DNA from: a virus
Direction: 5' to 3' (one strand)
DNA length: 64,000 nt
Virus record (IMG/VR): IMGVR_UViG_3300020442_002364
Coordinates: 19,428 to 83,427 of that record
Shown: positions 57,601 to 64,000 of the stretch, in pieces
Layout of the letters: each line of letters begins with the position of its first letter
How positions within the stretch are numbered: the stretch's first letter is position 1
Translations under genes and position numbers: made by a program
The notes under the pieces: model-generated
Seen by the model: the letters and a program-made list of their open reading frames with translations, nothing else
Databases searched by the model: none
Told to the model about the DNA's origin: nothing

Positions 57601-59124
57601 TTAATTAGAAGAGTATGCGTGGAAGAACATTTTCGCTCTGCTTACGCCACTTCCAGCGCCAGCAGTAGTAGCAGAAATAGTTGTAGTTTGTTGAGTAATT
57701 GGATCAGTCAGAGTGATATCTCTACAAATAAGAGTACCACCAAGGTTATTAACAGCATCAGTGACATTAAGTTTTAAGTCACCATCAATATTAGAATCAC
57801 CAAGAACATCGAGAGCGAAGTTTCCTGGTGCTTTTTTGATACCAGTGTTTCCTGATGTGTCAATTCTGAACTCAACGTTGTTAGAACTGTCACGAATATC
57901 AAAAGGAATGCCTGGGACTGACTTTTGAAGTACAAATCCATCTAGAGCGGCATTACCACCAACAATTTGGTCACCTGTAAAGTATATATCACCTGCAACT
58001 TCCACTGCGTATGTTGTAGGTGCCCTACCAATACCAAGTTTAGTATCGTTGAGAAGAGTAGGAATAGGACCGATCTGGGATGCTGCACCACTGACCGTCA
58101 GATTTCCGCCAACAGTTACGTCACCTGTAGTTGCAACTGTAGCACCAGAGACGTTACCAGTTACATTACCAGTGAGGTCACCAGTAAAACCACCTGCAGC
58201 TTCAATAGCACCAGCACAATATTGACTGGAACTGAAAATACCACCAGTTACATATAAGGCACCAGCGGTGCTACTTGCAGCGGTAGCATTGTCAATGGTA
58301 GTAATACCAGTAACATCAAGAGTGTTTCCAAAGTTGACTGCCAGAGATGCCGAAAGTGTTCCAGTGATCGTAGTGCCACCAGCAGCTAAGGTGCTACCAA
58401 AAGTAACTGCTCCAGTTGCACCCAGAGTGTTGTTAACTTGTACCGCATTGGCAAATGTCGCTGCAGAAGCGAAAGATGCAGTAGCATTAACAGTCAGAGT
58501 GTCAGCGTTGTTATCACCAAGAGTGGTATTCTCTGAAACTGTGATAGTGGAGAATGATGTGGATCCAGTAAACGCACTACCAACAAAAGTTTTATTAGAT
58601 ACAGTCTGAGTAGCAGTCGCCGTCAAAAGTGTATCAGTCTGACCAGGATCAGGTAAAACAAAAGTTCTAGTTGTTCCTGACGCAATCTGAGCAGCACTAA
58701 AGTTAATAAGTTTAGTATTGTCAGATGTGTTTGGCAGAGCAAACAGAGTGTCAGTAATGGCAAGTGGCGATGCCAAACGAATAGAACCTGTGCCTTGTGC
58801 CTGTAGAGTAAAATCAAGATTGGTGTCTGCAGTATCCTGTGCTGCAACAACCAGAGAGGATCCTACCTTCTGAAGACTCAATCTGGAATCACCTAAAGCG
58901 AGACCGATTTGTCCTTGTACAGAAGAGAATACTCCAGTATTAGTTTTAAGTTCAAACTGAAATCCAGGACTCTCAGAACTTCCAGAAGGAACTGCTCTAA
59001 AGATGCTACCTACATTCGTTCGTTTATTCTGATCAGTAGGATCAGAGTTGTCCAAAAGAAGTAGAGTATCCGAACTGGATACTTCAGATAATAATGTAAG
59101 GTCTGATATTTTACGAGTTGCCAC
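57601..59124 (-). CDS. Tail fibre-like structural protein (507 aa, GTG start)
   Basis: ATRKISDLT.L N-terminus; GNTGI/LDVLGD beta repeats. Confidence 0.75.
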   Translation of the reverse strand: MATRKISDLTLLSEVSSSDTLLLLDNSDPTDQNKRTNVGSIFRAVPSGSSESPGFQFELKTNTGVFSSVQGQIGLALGDSRLSLQKVGSSLVVAAQDTADTNLDFTLQAQGTGSIRLASPLAITDTLFALPNTSDNTKLINFSAAQIASGTTRTFVLPDPGQTDTLLTATATQTVSNKTFVGSAFTGSTSFSTITVSENTTLGDNNADTLTVNATASFASAATFANAVQVNNTLGATGAVTFGSTLAAGGTTITGTLSASLAVNFGNTLDVTGITTIDNATAASSTAGALYVTGGIFSSSQYCAGAIEAAGGFTGDLTGNVTGNVSGATVATTGDVTVGGNLTVSGAASQIGPIPTLLNDTKLGIGRAPTTYAVEVAGDIYFTGDQIVGGNAALDGFVLQKSVPGIPFDIRDSSNNVEFRIDTSGNTGIKKAPGNFALDVLGDSNIDGDLKLNVTDAVNNLGGTLICRDITLTDPITQQTTTISATTAGAGSGVSRAKMFFHAYSSN

Positions 59125-59152
59125 TCTACACCCACAAAAATTCGTTCAAGTT

Positions 59153-59160
59153 TATTTATA
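59153..59160 (-). promoter_or_regulatory. T4-type late promoter TATAAATA for the fibre operon
   Basis: Exact match, overlapping the cpeT stop. Confidence 0.8.
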
Positions 59161-59560
59161 ACCTCTTGTGAAAGAGGAAAAATCCTTCTGACGATTGCCA
59201 GTAGCCTTTATCCCAAGAATGGTATTGATCTGCGTACAATTTTACAGAACTTTCTAGGTCATGATCCTTCCACTTACACCCAGGACTAGATTTACCTACA
59301 AAATGATCTTCCAGTTTCATAAAAACAAGATCACATGCAGGATTTTCTACAACGATTACATCCTGATCCTGTCTTACTGTTACAATTTGTTCTCGATACG
59401 GTACTTGTGAATAGTTGTATCGAGAACTGGTCTTAAATTTTCTGTCAGAAATTTTTTCGTGAACAATATAAATGTGTGACCACTTTGTCGGATTGCCTGA
59501 CGCCTGTTCCCAGTTGTCAAACTTTCCCTCAAACCATTCACAAAAAGTATCTATCATCAA
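59156..59560 (-). CDS. cpeT: CpeT/CpcT-like phycobiliprotein lyase
   Basis: WFEGKFDNWEQA..NP..WSHI, PYREQ, F.G...PGC, SWDKG; short phage-type version. Confidence 0.8.
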   Translation of the reverse strand: MMIDTFCEWFEGKFDNWEQASGNPTKWSHIYIVHEKISDRKFKTSSRYNYSQVPYREQIVTVRQDQDVIVVENPACDLVFMKLEDHFVGKSSPGCKWKDHDLESSVKLYADQYHSWDKGYWQSSEGFFLFHKRL

Positions 59561-59853
59561 TCCAATCCAATAAGGTCCTCAAGTTGAGCAGGTCGGTTCC
59601 CCAACATAAGTTCCTTTAGAGTCTCTGCCTTTGTCAAAAACTTACGATGGTAATCAATCCACGATTGAACCTCTGCTAACATTTCCTCATAACACTCGCG
59701 AGAGTCACACTTCTCATCAGTAAGGTAATCACCGATAGCATCACCCATACGATCCTTGCGTTGTGCTTCGTAAGTTTTCAACTGCTTGTCATCATAAAAA
59801 TTTTTTTCCCGATCAAGAACCTGTTTGATCTTTTCTTTGCTATCTGCGAGCAT
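59557..59853 (-). CDS. Conserved cyanophage hypothetical protein (98 aa)
   Basis: QRKDRMGDAIGDYLTDE...YEE.L.EV..W..YH. Confidence 0.7.
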   Translation of the reverse strand: MLADSKEKIKQVLDREKNFYDDKQLKTYEAQRKDRMGDAIGDYLTDEKCDSRECYEEMLAEVQSWIDYHRKFLTKAETLKELMLGNRPAQLEDLIGLD

Positions 59854-59875
59854 GATGGAACTCCATAGTCAAATA

Positions 59876-59904
59876 ATTATAGCATTAAAAAAGAGAGGTC
59901 GCAA
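59876..59904 (-). promoter_or_regulatory. sigma70-like promoter TTGCGA-N17-TATAAT
   Basis: -35 at 59899-59904 lies in the terminator loop; -10 at 59876-59881. Confidence 0.65.
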
Positions 59905-59910
59905 CCTCTC
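59887..59910 (-). terminator. Rho-independent terminator after tRNA-Asn
   Basis: GAGAGG-TTGCGA-CCTCTC followed by TTTTTT. Confidence 0.8.
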
Positions 59911-59913
59911 TGA

Positions 59914-59986
59914 CTCCTCCACCTGGACTCGAACCAGGGACAGGGTGATTAACAGTCACCTGCTCTACCAACTGAGCTATAGAGGA
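59914..59986 (-). tRNA. trnN: tRNA-Asn (GTT)
   Basis: TCCTCTATAGCTCAGTTGGTAGAGC...CTGTTAA...GGTTCGAGTCC...GGAGGAG cloverleaf. Confidence 0.95.
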
Positions 59987-59993
59987 ATGGGTG

Positions 59994-60173
59994 TTACCCA
60001 AACTCTTCGTTTCTACGACAATCGAGATGATAGAGAACTTCAGATCTCCACTCCATTAGTTCGTTGTAACACTCTTGGTTGTGAGCACATTCGCGAAGAC
60101 TGTGATCTGGTTTCAGCACACTTTCATAAAATAGTCCCAGAGCATCGCGTCTCTTTTGTTGCTTATCGGTCAT
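59994..60173 (-). CDS. Conserved cyanophage hypothetical protein (59 aa, MTDKQQKRRDALGLFYESVLKPD...)
   Basis: Translated by hand; AAGGAG RBS; ATGA overlap with the talC stop. Confidence 0.7.
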   Translation of the reverse strand: MTDKQQKRRDALGLFYESVLKPDHSLRECAHNQECYNELMEWRSEVLYHLDCRRNEEFG

Positions 60174-60823
60174 TTGACTCCTTGGTTTACTGCTGCCCAG
60201 TCTTTATCGAAGATTGCAAGTCCTTCACGAGTAAGGACATGCGAATACATCTTCTCGAATACAGCAGGGGGCATCGTCACGATACTAGCACCATTGTAGT
60301 ATGAGCGAGTAACCTTATATACATCTCTAATAGAAGCAGAAAGGATTTGTGTTGCTACTCCTTGAGATTGATAGACCCCTGCAATTGATCGAACGACTTC
60401 TACTCCCGCGACAGAATTATCATCACAACGACCAACGAAAGGTGATACGTATGTAGCACCCGCCTTGGCAGCAAGAATAGCTTGTGCAGCAGAGAAGATC
60501 AAAGTAACATTGACTTTGATACCCAAGTCTGACAATTTCTTACATGCAAGTAAACCGTCTGGAGTACATGGAACCTTGACAGTACAGACTTCTCCAAATT
60601 TCTGAGAAAGACGGAGACCTTCGTCAAGCATGTCAGTATAACTACCAACAACTTCCATGCTGATATCGGGGACGCCAATATCTTTAATTTCCTGATAGAC
60701 TTCTTCTGGATCGCGTCCACTCTTCATAATAAGAGTTGGGTTGGTAGTGATACCATCAATCAGACCAGTAGCAAAGTGCTTACGGATCAATGCAGTGTCG
60801 GCAGTGTCTAGAAAAATTTTCAT
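60170..60823 (-). CDS. talC: Transaldolase TalC (auxiliary metabolic gene)
   Basis: MKIFLDTAD, GITTNPTL, VKVP, NVTLIFS, YVSPFVGR, ASIR. Confidence 0.97.
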   Translation of the reverse strand: MKIFLDTADTALIRKHFATGLIDGITTNPTLIMKSGRDPEEVYQEIKDIGVPDISMEVVGSYTDMLDEGLRLSQKFGEVCTVKVPCTPDGLLACKKLSDLGIKVNVTLIFSAAQAILAAKAGATYVSPFVGRCDDNSVAGVEVVRSIAGVYQSQGVATQILSASIRDVYKVTRSYYNGASIVTMPPAVFEKMYSHVLTREGLAIFDKDWAAVNQGVK

Positions 60824-60840
60824 TACAGAATTTTTTAAGA

Positions 60841-60847
60841 TATTTAT
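60841..60847 (-). promoter_or_regulatory. Late-type promoter ATAAATA upstream of talC
   Basis: 17 nt upstream of the ATG. Confidence 0.6.
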
Positions 60848-60860
60848 TGGGCGAACCCAA

Positions 60861-60934
60861 AGCCACTCAACGGACTTGAACCGTTGACCTACTGTTTACA
60901 AAACAGTTGCTCTATCCAGCTGAGCTAGAGTGGC
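60861..60934 (-). tRNA. trnT: tRNA-Thr (TGT)
   Basis: GCCACTCTAGCTCAGCTGGATAGAGC..ACTGT-TTTGTAA-ACAGT..GGTTCAAGTCC..GAGTGGCT. Confidence 0.95.
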
Positions 60935-61139
60935 GTTGCTTTTCCTCTTTGCTGAGTTTGAAGTACAGTTTATAGTATCTCTTTTTTATTTCTTCAAGAG
61001 TATCCATGTCTTCTTTGAATCCCATGTACTTGGTGAGTTGATAAGACCCTTCAAGTTCACTGATTAATCTTAGCACATTGACCGAAGATCTGTCAAGACC
61101 ACCAAAGGTAAATTTAGTGTGGGAGTTCTGAGAGTTCAT
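60912..61139 (-). CDS. Conserved cyanophage hypothetical protein (75 aa)
   Basis: FGGLDR..VNVLRLISELEGSYQL.KYMGF; 3' end overlaps tRNA-Thr. Confidence 0.7.
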   Translation of the reverse strand: MNSQNSHTKFTFGGLDRSSVNVLRLISELEGSYQLTKYMGFKEDMDTLEEIKKRYYKLYFKLSKEEKQRHSSSAG

Positions 61140-61401
61140 CTAAGTCAAGTTCATCAAGTAGAGGATGGAATCCTTCTTCAATCAAGTAAGAGGATCCATG
61201 CCAGATATCTTCTGCTGAAAATATACGAGACTCTCTTGCTTTTTTAATTACTTTATCTGGTAGTGGAAATTCTGCAATATCATCCCAAGTAAAAGGAATG
61301 CCCTGTACAAAGAACATTTTAACTAGACCCTCCCCTTTTAGATAGCGATATTCCCAATACACCTTCAGGACTGTTTCTTCCATAGAAAATCGAACGGACA
61401 T
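61114..61401 (-). CDS. Hypothetical protein (~90 aa)
   Basis: MFFVQGIPFTWD...SSYLIEEGFHPL. Confidence 0.7.
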   Translation of the reverse strand: MSVRFSMEETVLKVYWEYRYLKGEGLVKMFFVQGIPFTWDDIAEFPLPDKVIKKARESRIFSAEDIWHGSSYLIEEGFHPLLDELDLDELSELPH

Positions 61402-62078
61402 TTACTATCTTCTTTCTTTAGTCTATCTTTGATTAGACTCCATGATGCAAATTTGTCAAATTCCTTCAACCTAGCGTTCTGTGCATACTGATCGAGAATG
61501 TCTTGAGGTGGTGCTTTTTTCTTGAGTGAGAAAGTGCTATCCGACTTCTGAGAGTATAATCTCAACATGAACAGTGGAGTGCCTTTAGGGATCCACAAAT
61601 TAGTATCTAGATCTAAAAGTTTAAATCCAAACCCAAGAGGACGTTGCCATACTGATAATGGATATGTTCCTGGGATAGATTCTAATCCGTATCTGGAGAG
61701 TAAAGGATGAGGTATTTGTTCTACCCAAACGTCCTTATCTCTTGTCCATAAGGCGTGACCATAATTAAATTGTATCTCTGGTAGTTCTCCATCTAACCAA
61801 TTAGGAGCTAGATTGAAAAACTCATCAAATATAGGTTGTGCTAAATTTGTATCTAGATATTTATCGGTACTTTTGTAGAGCATACCGAGATCAAATGGTT
61901 GGTAGAATATCCAAGTATTCTTACCCCACTCTGACCATGCAGGACATTTTGCATGAGAGTAATTACGATCATACTTAGAACCAAACTTAGTTGGTTCTGG
62001 AGTGTAGTCTGGTGGTAGATATTCTTTTTTAAAATCTTCTTGCTCCCCGATTGTAGGGAGATAATACACATTCTTCAT
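61365..62078 (-). CDS. Hypothetical protein (237 aa), possible dUTPase-like fold
   Basis: KCPAW near the N-terminus, IPG, IPKGTPL; C-terminal KCPF. Confidence 0.65.
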   Translation of the reverse strand: MKNVYYLPTIGEQEDFKKEYLPPDYTPEPTKFGSKYDRNYSHAKCPAWSEWGKNTWIFYQPFDLGMLYKSTDKYLDTNLAQPIFDEFFNLAPNWLDGELPEIQFNYGHALWTRDKDVWVEQIPHPLLSRYGLESIPGTYPLSVWQRPLGFGFKLLDLDTNLWIPKGTPLFMLRLYSQKSDSTFSLKKKAPPQDILDQYAQNARLKEFDKFASWSLIKDRLKKEDSKCPFDFLWKKQS

Positions 62079-62080
62079 AG

Positions 62081-62164
62081 TAGGAGCGGGGGGACTTGAA
62101 CCCCCACGAGATAATTCTCAACAGATTTTAAGTCTGGTGCGTCTACCGATTCCGCCACGCTCCC
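62081..62164 (-). tRNA. trnL: tRNA-Leu (TAA)
   Basis: GGGAGCGTGGCGGAATCGGTAGACGC..CTTAAAA..long variable arm..GGTTCAAGTCC. Confidence 0.95.
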
Positions 62165-62168
62165 GACT

Positions 62169-62321
62169 TCACCCTTCCCAAGTAGGAGGATGAAACTGAC
62201 AATATTCGTTAAAGGTGATTTTCATCTCCTTATTCGTCAGACCCGCATTCTTCGCTGCTTTCGGTAGGTTCCACTTCGCTGTGAACAGCATCTCCATCGA
62301 TTCTCTTGTTTCTGGTCTCAT
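62169..62321 (-). CDS. Small conserved cyanophage protein (50 aa, [41 protein letters not shown]...)
   Basis: Translated by hand; GGAGG RBS at 62325-62329; overlaps the ACP ORF tail by 92 nt in another frame. Confidence 0.7.
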   Translation of the reverse strand: MRPETRESMEMLFTAKWNLPKAAKNAGLTNKEMKITFNEYCQFHPPTWEG

Positions 62322-62763
62322 CTTCCTCCAATGCTTTTTCGATTTCTGATTCTAGATCAGGTTGAGTTTGTCCAATCTTAGGTGCCCCGATAGGACTCCC
62401 AGGAGCAGGACGCCTAATATACTTCGATTTGTCAATCTTGCGTGGTTTGCCTTTCTCTTTCTTACACTTCTTAATAACATCAATGGCATCACCTACAGTG
62501 ACAATATCCATTGAGTATTCATCTGCAATCTCAATGCTAAAACACTCCTCAAGGAACATAACCAATTCAACAAGATCAAGAGAATCTGCATCCAGATCAT
62601 CTACGAACTTTGTTTCCATGGTAACAGAGTCCCAATCAAAATCTTCTTTGACCAGTGCCTCTTTAAGTGCCAAGCGTGTTACCTGTAGGAGAACATCATT
62701 GTTCACCTTCTTTGCATTCTTAAGAATGTCTTTAATCTCGTGATAAGTTTTGTTGTATGCCAT
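62230..62763 (-). CDS. acpP: Acyl carrier protein with N- and C-terminal extensions (177 aa)
   Basis: [36 protein letters not shown]...[11 protein letters not shown] is the classic type II ACP signature; attachment Ser codon at 62581-62583. Confidence 0.9.
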   Translation of the reverse strand: MAYNKTYHEIKDILKNAKKVNNDVLLQVTRLALKEALVKEDFDWDSVTMETKFVDDLDADSLDLVELVMFLEECFSIEIADEYSMDIVTVGDAIDVIKKCKKEKGKPRKIDKSKYIRRPAPGSPIGAPKIGQTQPDLESEIEKALEEDETRNKRIDGDAVHSEVEPTESSEECGSDE

Positions 62764-62780
62764 AGCAATAAATTAGTGAG

Positions 62781-62852
62781 AGCGGGGTATCGGAATCGAA
62801 CCGACGACATCTAACTTGGAAGGATAGCGTTCTACCGCTGAACTAACCCCGC
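62781..62852 (-). tRNA. trnG: tRNA-Gly (TCC)
   Basis: GCGGGGTTAGTTCAGCGGTAGAAC..CTTCCAA..GGTTCGATTCC..ACCCCGCT. Confidence 0.95.
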
Positions 62853-62855
62853 ATA

Positions 62856-63035
62856 TCATACGTAAACAATCTGATCCTCTTCAAGTGAAGCACGGACAAC
62901 ATTCAGGACTCGAATAAACTGATCTGCATCTTCGCAAGTAAGATCTTTGATGGATGCTTCGGAACTCATCAGTGTGAATCGACGCTGAGTAATGTCGATG
63001 GCACAATGAGTCACGTATTCTTCGGTCTCAAACAT
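62856..63035 (-). CDS. Conserved hypothetical protein (59 aa, MFETEEYVTHCAIDITQRRF...)
   Basis: Translated by hand; downstream of a boxed promoter. Confidence 0.7.
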   Translation of the reverse strand: MFETEEYVTHCAIDITQRRFTLMSSEASIKDLTCEDADQFIRVLNVVRASLEEDQIVYV

Positions 63036-63061
63036 GTGTGCTGTTGGTGTGGTACTCCGTA

Positions 63062-63119
63062 ATTATACGGCACCGTGAACTGTATGTCTAGTCCCTGTGC
63101 CACTGATCGAATTGGCACG
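63062..63119 (-). promoter_or_regulatory. Boxed early-type promoter upstream of the tRNA-Gly/ACP cluster
   Basis: -10 TATAAT at 63062-63067; box TGTGCCAC-N8-TTGGCACG at 63096-63119. Confidence 0.75.
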
Positions 63120-63335
63120 GGTAATAACCTCTTTCGCTTTTGCCTTGAGGTCTAATGCTGCCTGACGGTTTCTTTGATAGTAACCCCAAGCTTTTGTTTG
63201 GTCCGCTTCAGGACTCTTAAATTTTTCTTTTGTCATCTCCTCGACAAAATCGTCAAGGTGCCTGTCAAGAATTTCCTGCAAGAAAAATGCTTCTTGCTGA
63301 GTAATCGACATATGCATTAACTTATCTTTAGTCAT
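63063..63335 (-). CDS. Hypothetical protein (~82-90 aa)
   Basis: ORF track; start uncertain. Confidence 0.6.
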   Translation of the reverse strand: MTKDKLMHMSITQQEAFFLQEILDRHLDDFVEEMTKEKFKSPEADQTKAWGYYQRNRQAALDLKAKAKEVITRANSISGTGTRHTVHGAV

Positions 63336-63342
63336 ACTTGAT

Positions 63343-63371
63343 ATTGTAGCAGTCGGTTATCAGTATGTCAA
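63343..63371 (-). promoter_or_regulatory. sigma70 promoter TTGACA-N17-TACAAT
   Basis: Near-consensus; -35 at 63366-63371, -10 at 63343-63348. Confidence 0.8.
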
Positions 63372-64000
63372 TTCAAGTAAATGCCATTGTCACAGACAAT
63401 TTCCATCTTGTCTCCAGCAGCTTCCACTTTCATATTCTGAGTTGAATACAAGTGCATATCTGTAGACACAATTCTAGCACCCTCACCAGCGTTGACTTGC
63501 CAAGCGGTAGGATTACCATATGGACTATCTGTTGGTTTCCTGGTCCAAGAACCTCCGTCCTCAATACCACCAGCAATACAGTCAAAATCATCACCAACAA
63601 CAGAGGTTTTCATCTTACCCTCTACGTTAGTAAAGAAATTTGTTCCTACTGTATCATAGCGACAACCTTTTGTACGAATTTGGAGATCTCCCTCGCTAAG
63701 AATAGCAAAGACACCACCCTCCTTCGTCATGCTGATAACACGATTACCTTTGATAATATCACGAATCTCACCACCTTCGGCAAGATCATTATTACCAAAA
63801 GACATCTTCTGGTTGATAGTATTGGCATCCAGTTTCAGAATATTTTCTGCTTTGATAGCAATATTCTCATCTGACTGCAGGAACATAACCTCCCCACACT
63901 TCATTTCCCACGTACCATCAACCTTATCATAACGATTGCCTCTGGTCTCAGTATGCATATCACCTTCTACGGTCATATGTGCATTACCAACAACATGGAT
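63368..64000 (-). CDS. C-terminal part of a gp5-like baseplate hub/spike protein (5' truncated by the window edge)
   Basis: Frame open to 64000 (IHVVGNAHMTVEGD..); V.G[ND] beta-helix repeats; ends in IYLN. Confidence 0.65.
   Translation of the reverse strand: MHVVGNAHMTVEGDMHTETRGNRYDKVDGTWEMKCGEVMFLQSDENIAIKAENILKLDANTINQKMSFGNNDLAEGGEIRDIIKGNRVISMTKEGGVFAILSEGDLQIRTKGCRYDTVGTNFFTNVEGKMKTSVVGDDFDCIAGGIEDGGSWTRKPTDSPYGNPTAWQVNAGEGARIVSTDMHLYSTQNMKVEAAGDKMEIVCDNGIYLN

Noticed and set aside
34-63932. Numerous plus-strand ORFs in the track (e.g. 38634..39203, 42070..42723, 51790..52344, 59825..60304)
   Set aside because: They are antisense shadows of well-supported minus-strand genes or tRNAs, with no recognisable motifs.
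1-64000. Alternative genetic code or stop-codon recoding
   Set aside because: Very long ORFs are intact in code 11, all three stop codons terminate genes, and no suppressor tRNA is present.

Overview
This window is 64 kb of a T4-like cyanomyovirus (Kyanoviridae-type) genome, probably infecting marine Synechococcus/Prochlorococcus (inferred from talC, cpeT and cyanophage-type virion proteins). All credible protein and tRNA genes are on the minus strand. In transcription order (right to left): the 3' end of a gp5-like gene; a tRNA/auxiliary cluster (tRNA-Gly, acyl carrier protein, tRNA-Leu, tRNA-Thr, talC, tRNA-Asn, cpeT); a tail-fibre operon ending in a Gly-rich gp38-like adhesin and three unknown genes; an ~11.5 kb early region of small ORFs; an Sfp-like 4'-phosphopantetheinyl transferase coupled to a 2OG-Fe(II) oxygenase; and the PAAR/gp25/gp6/gp7/gp8/VrlC baseplate block followed by large fibre/structural genes. 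The early region contains a putative HNH nuclease plus HTH-containing DNA methyltransferase pair and a candidate origin/sRNA locus. Fourteen promoters (13 in the early region, 1 at ~63.1 kb) share a 24-bp palindromic box. The most notable observation is a phage-encoded carrier-protein system (ACP plus its activating PPTase, with an adjacent oxygenase). All calls come from reading motifs by eye; no database searches were run.
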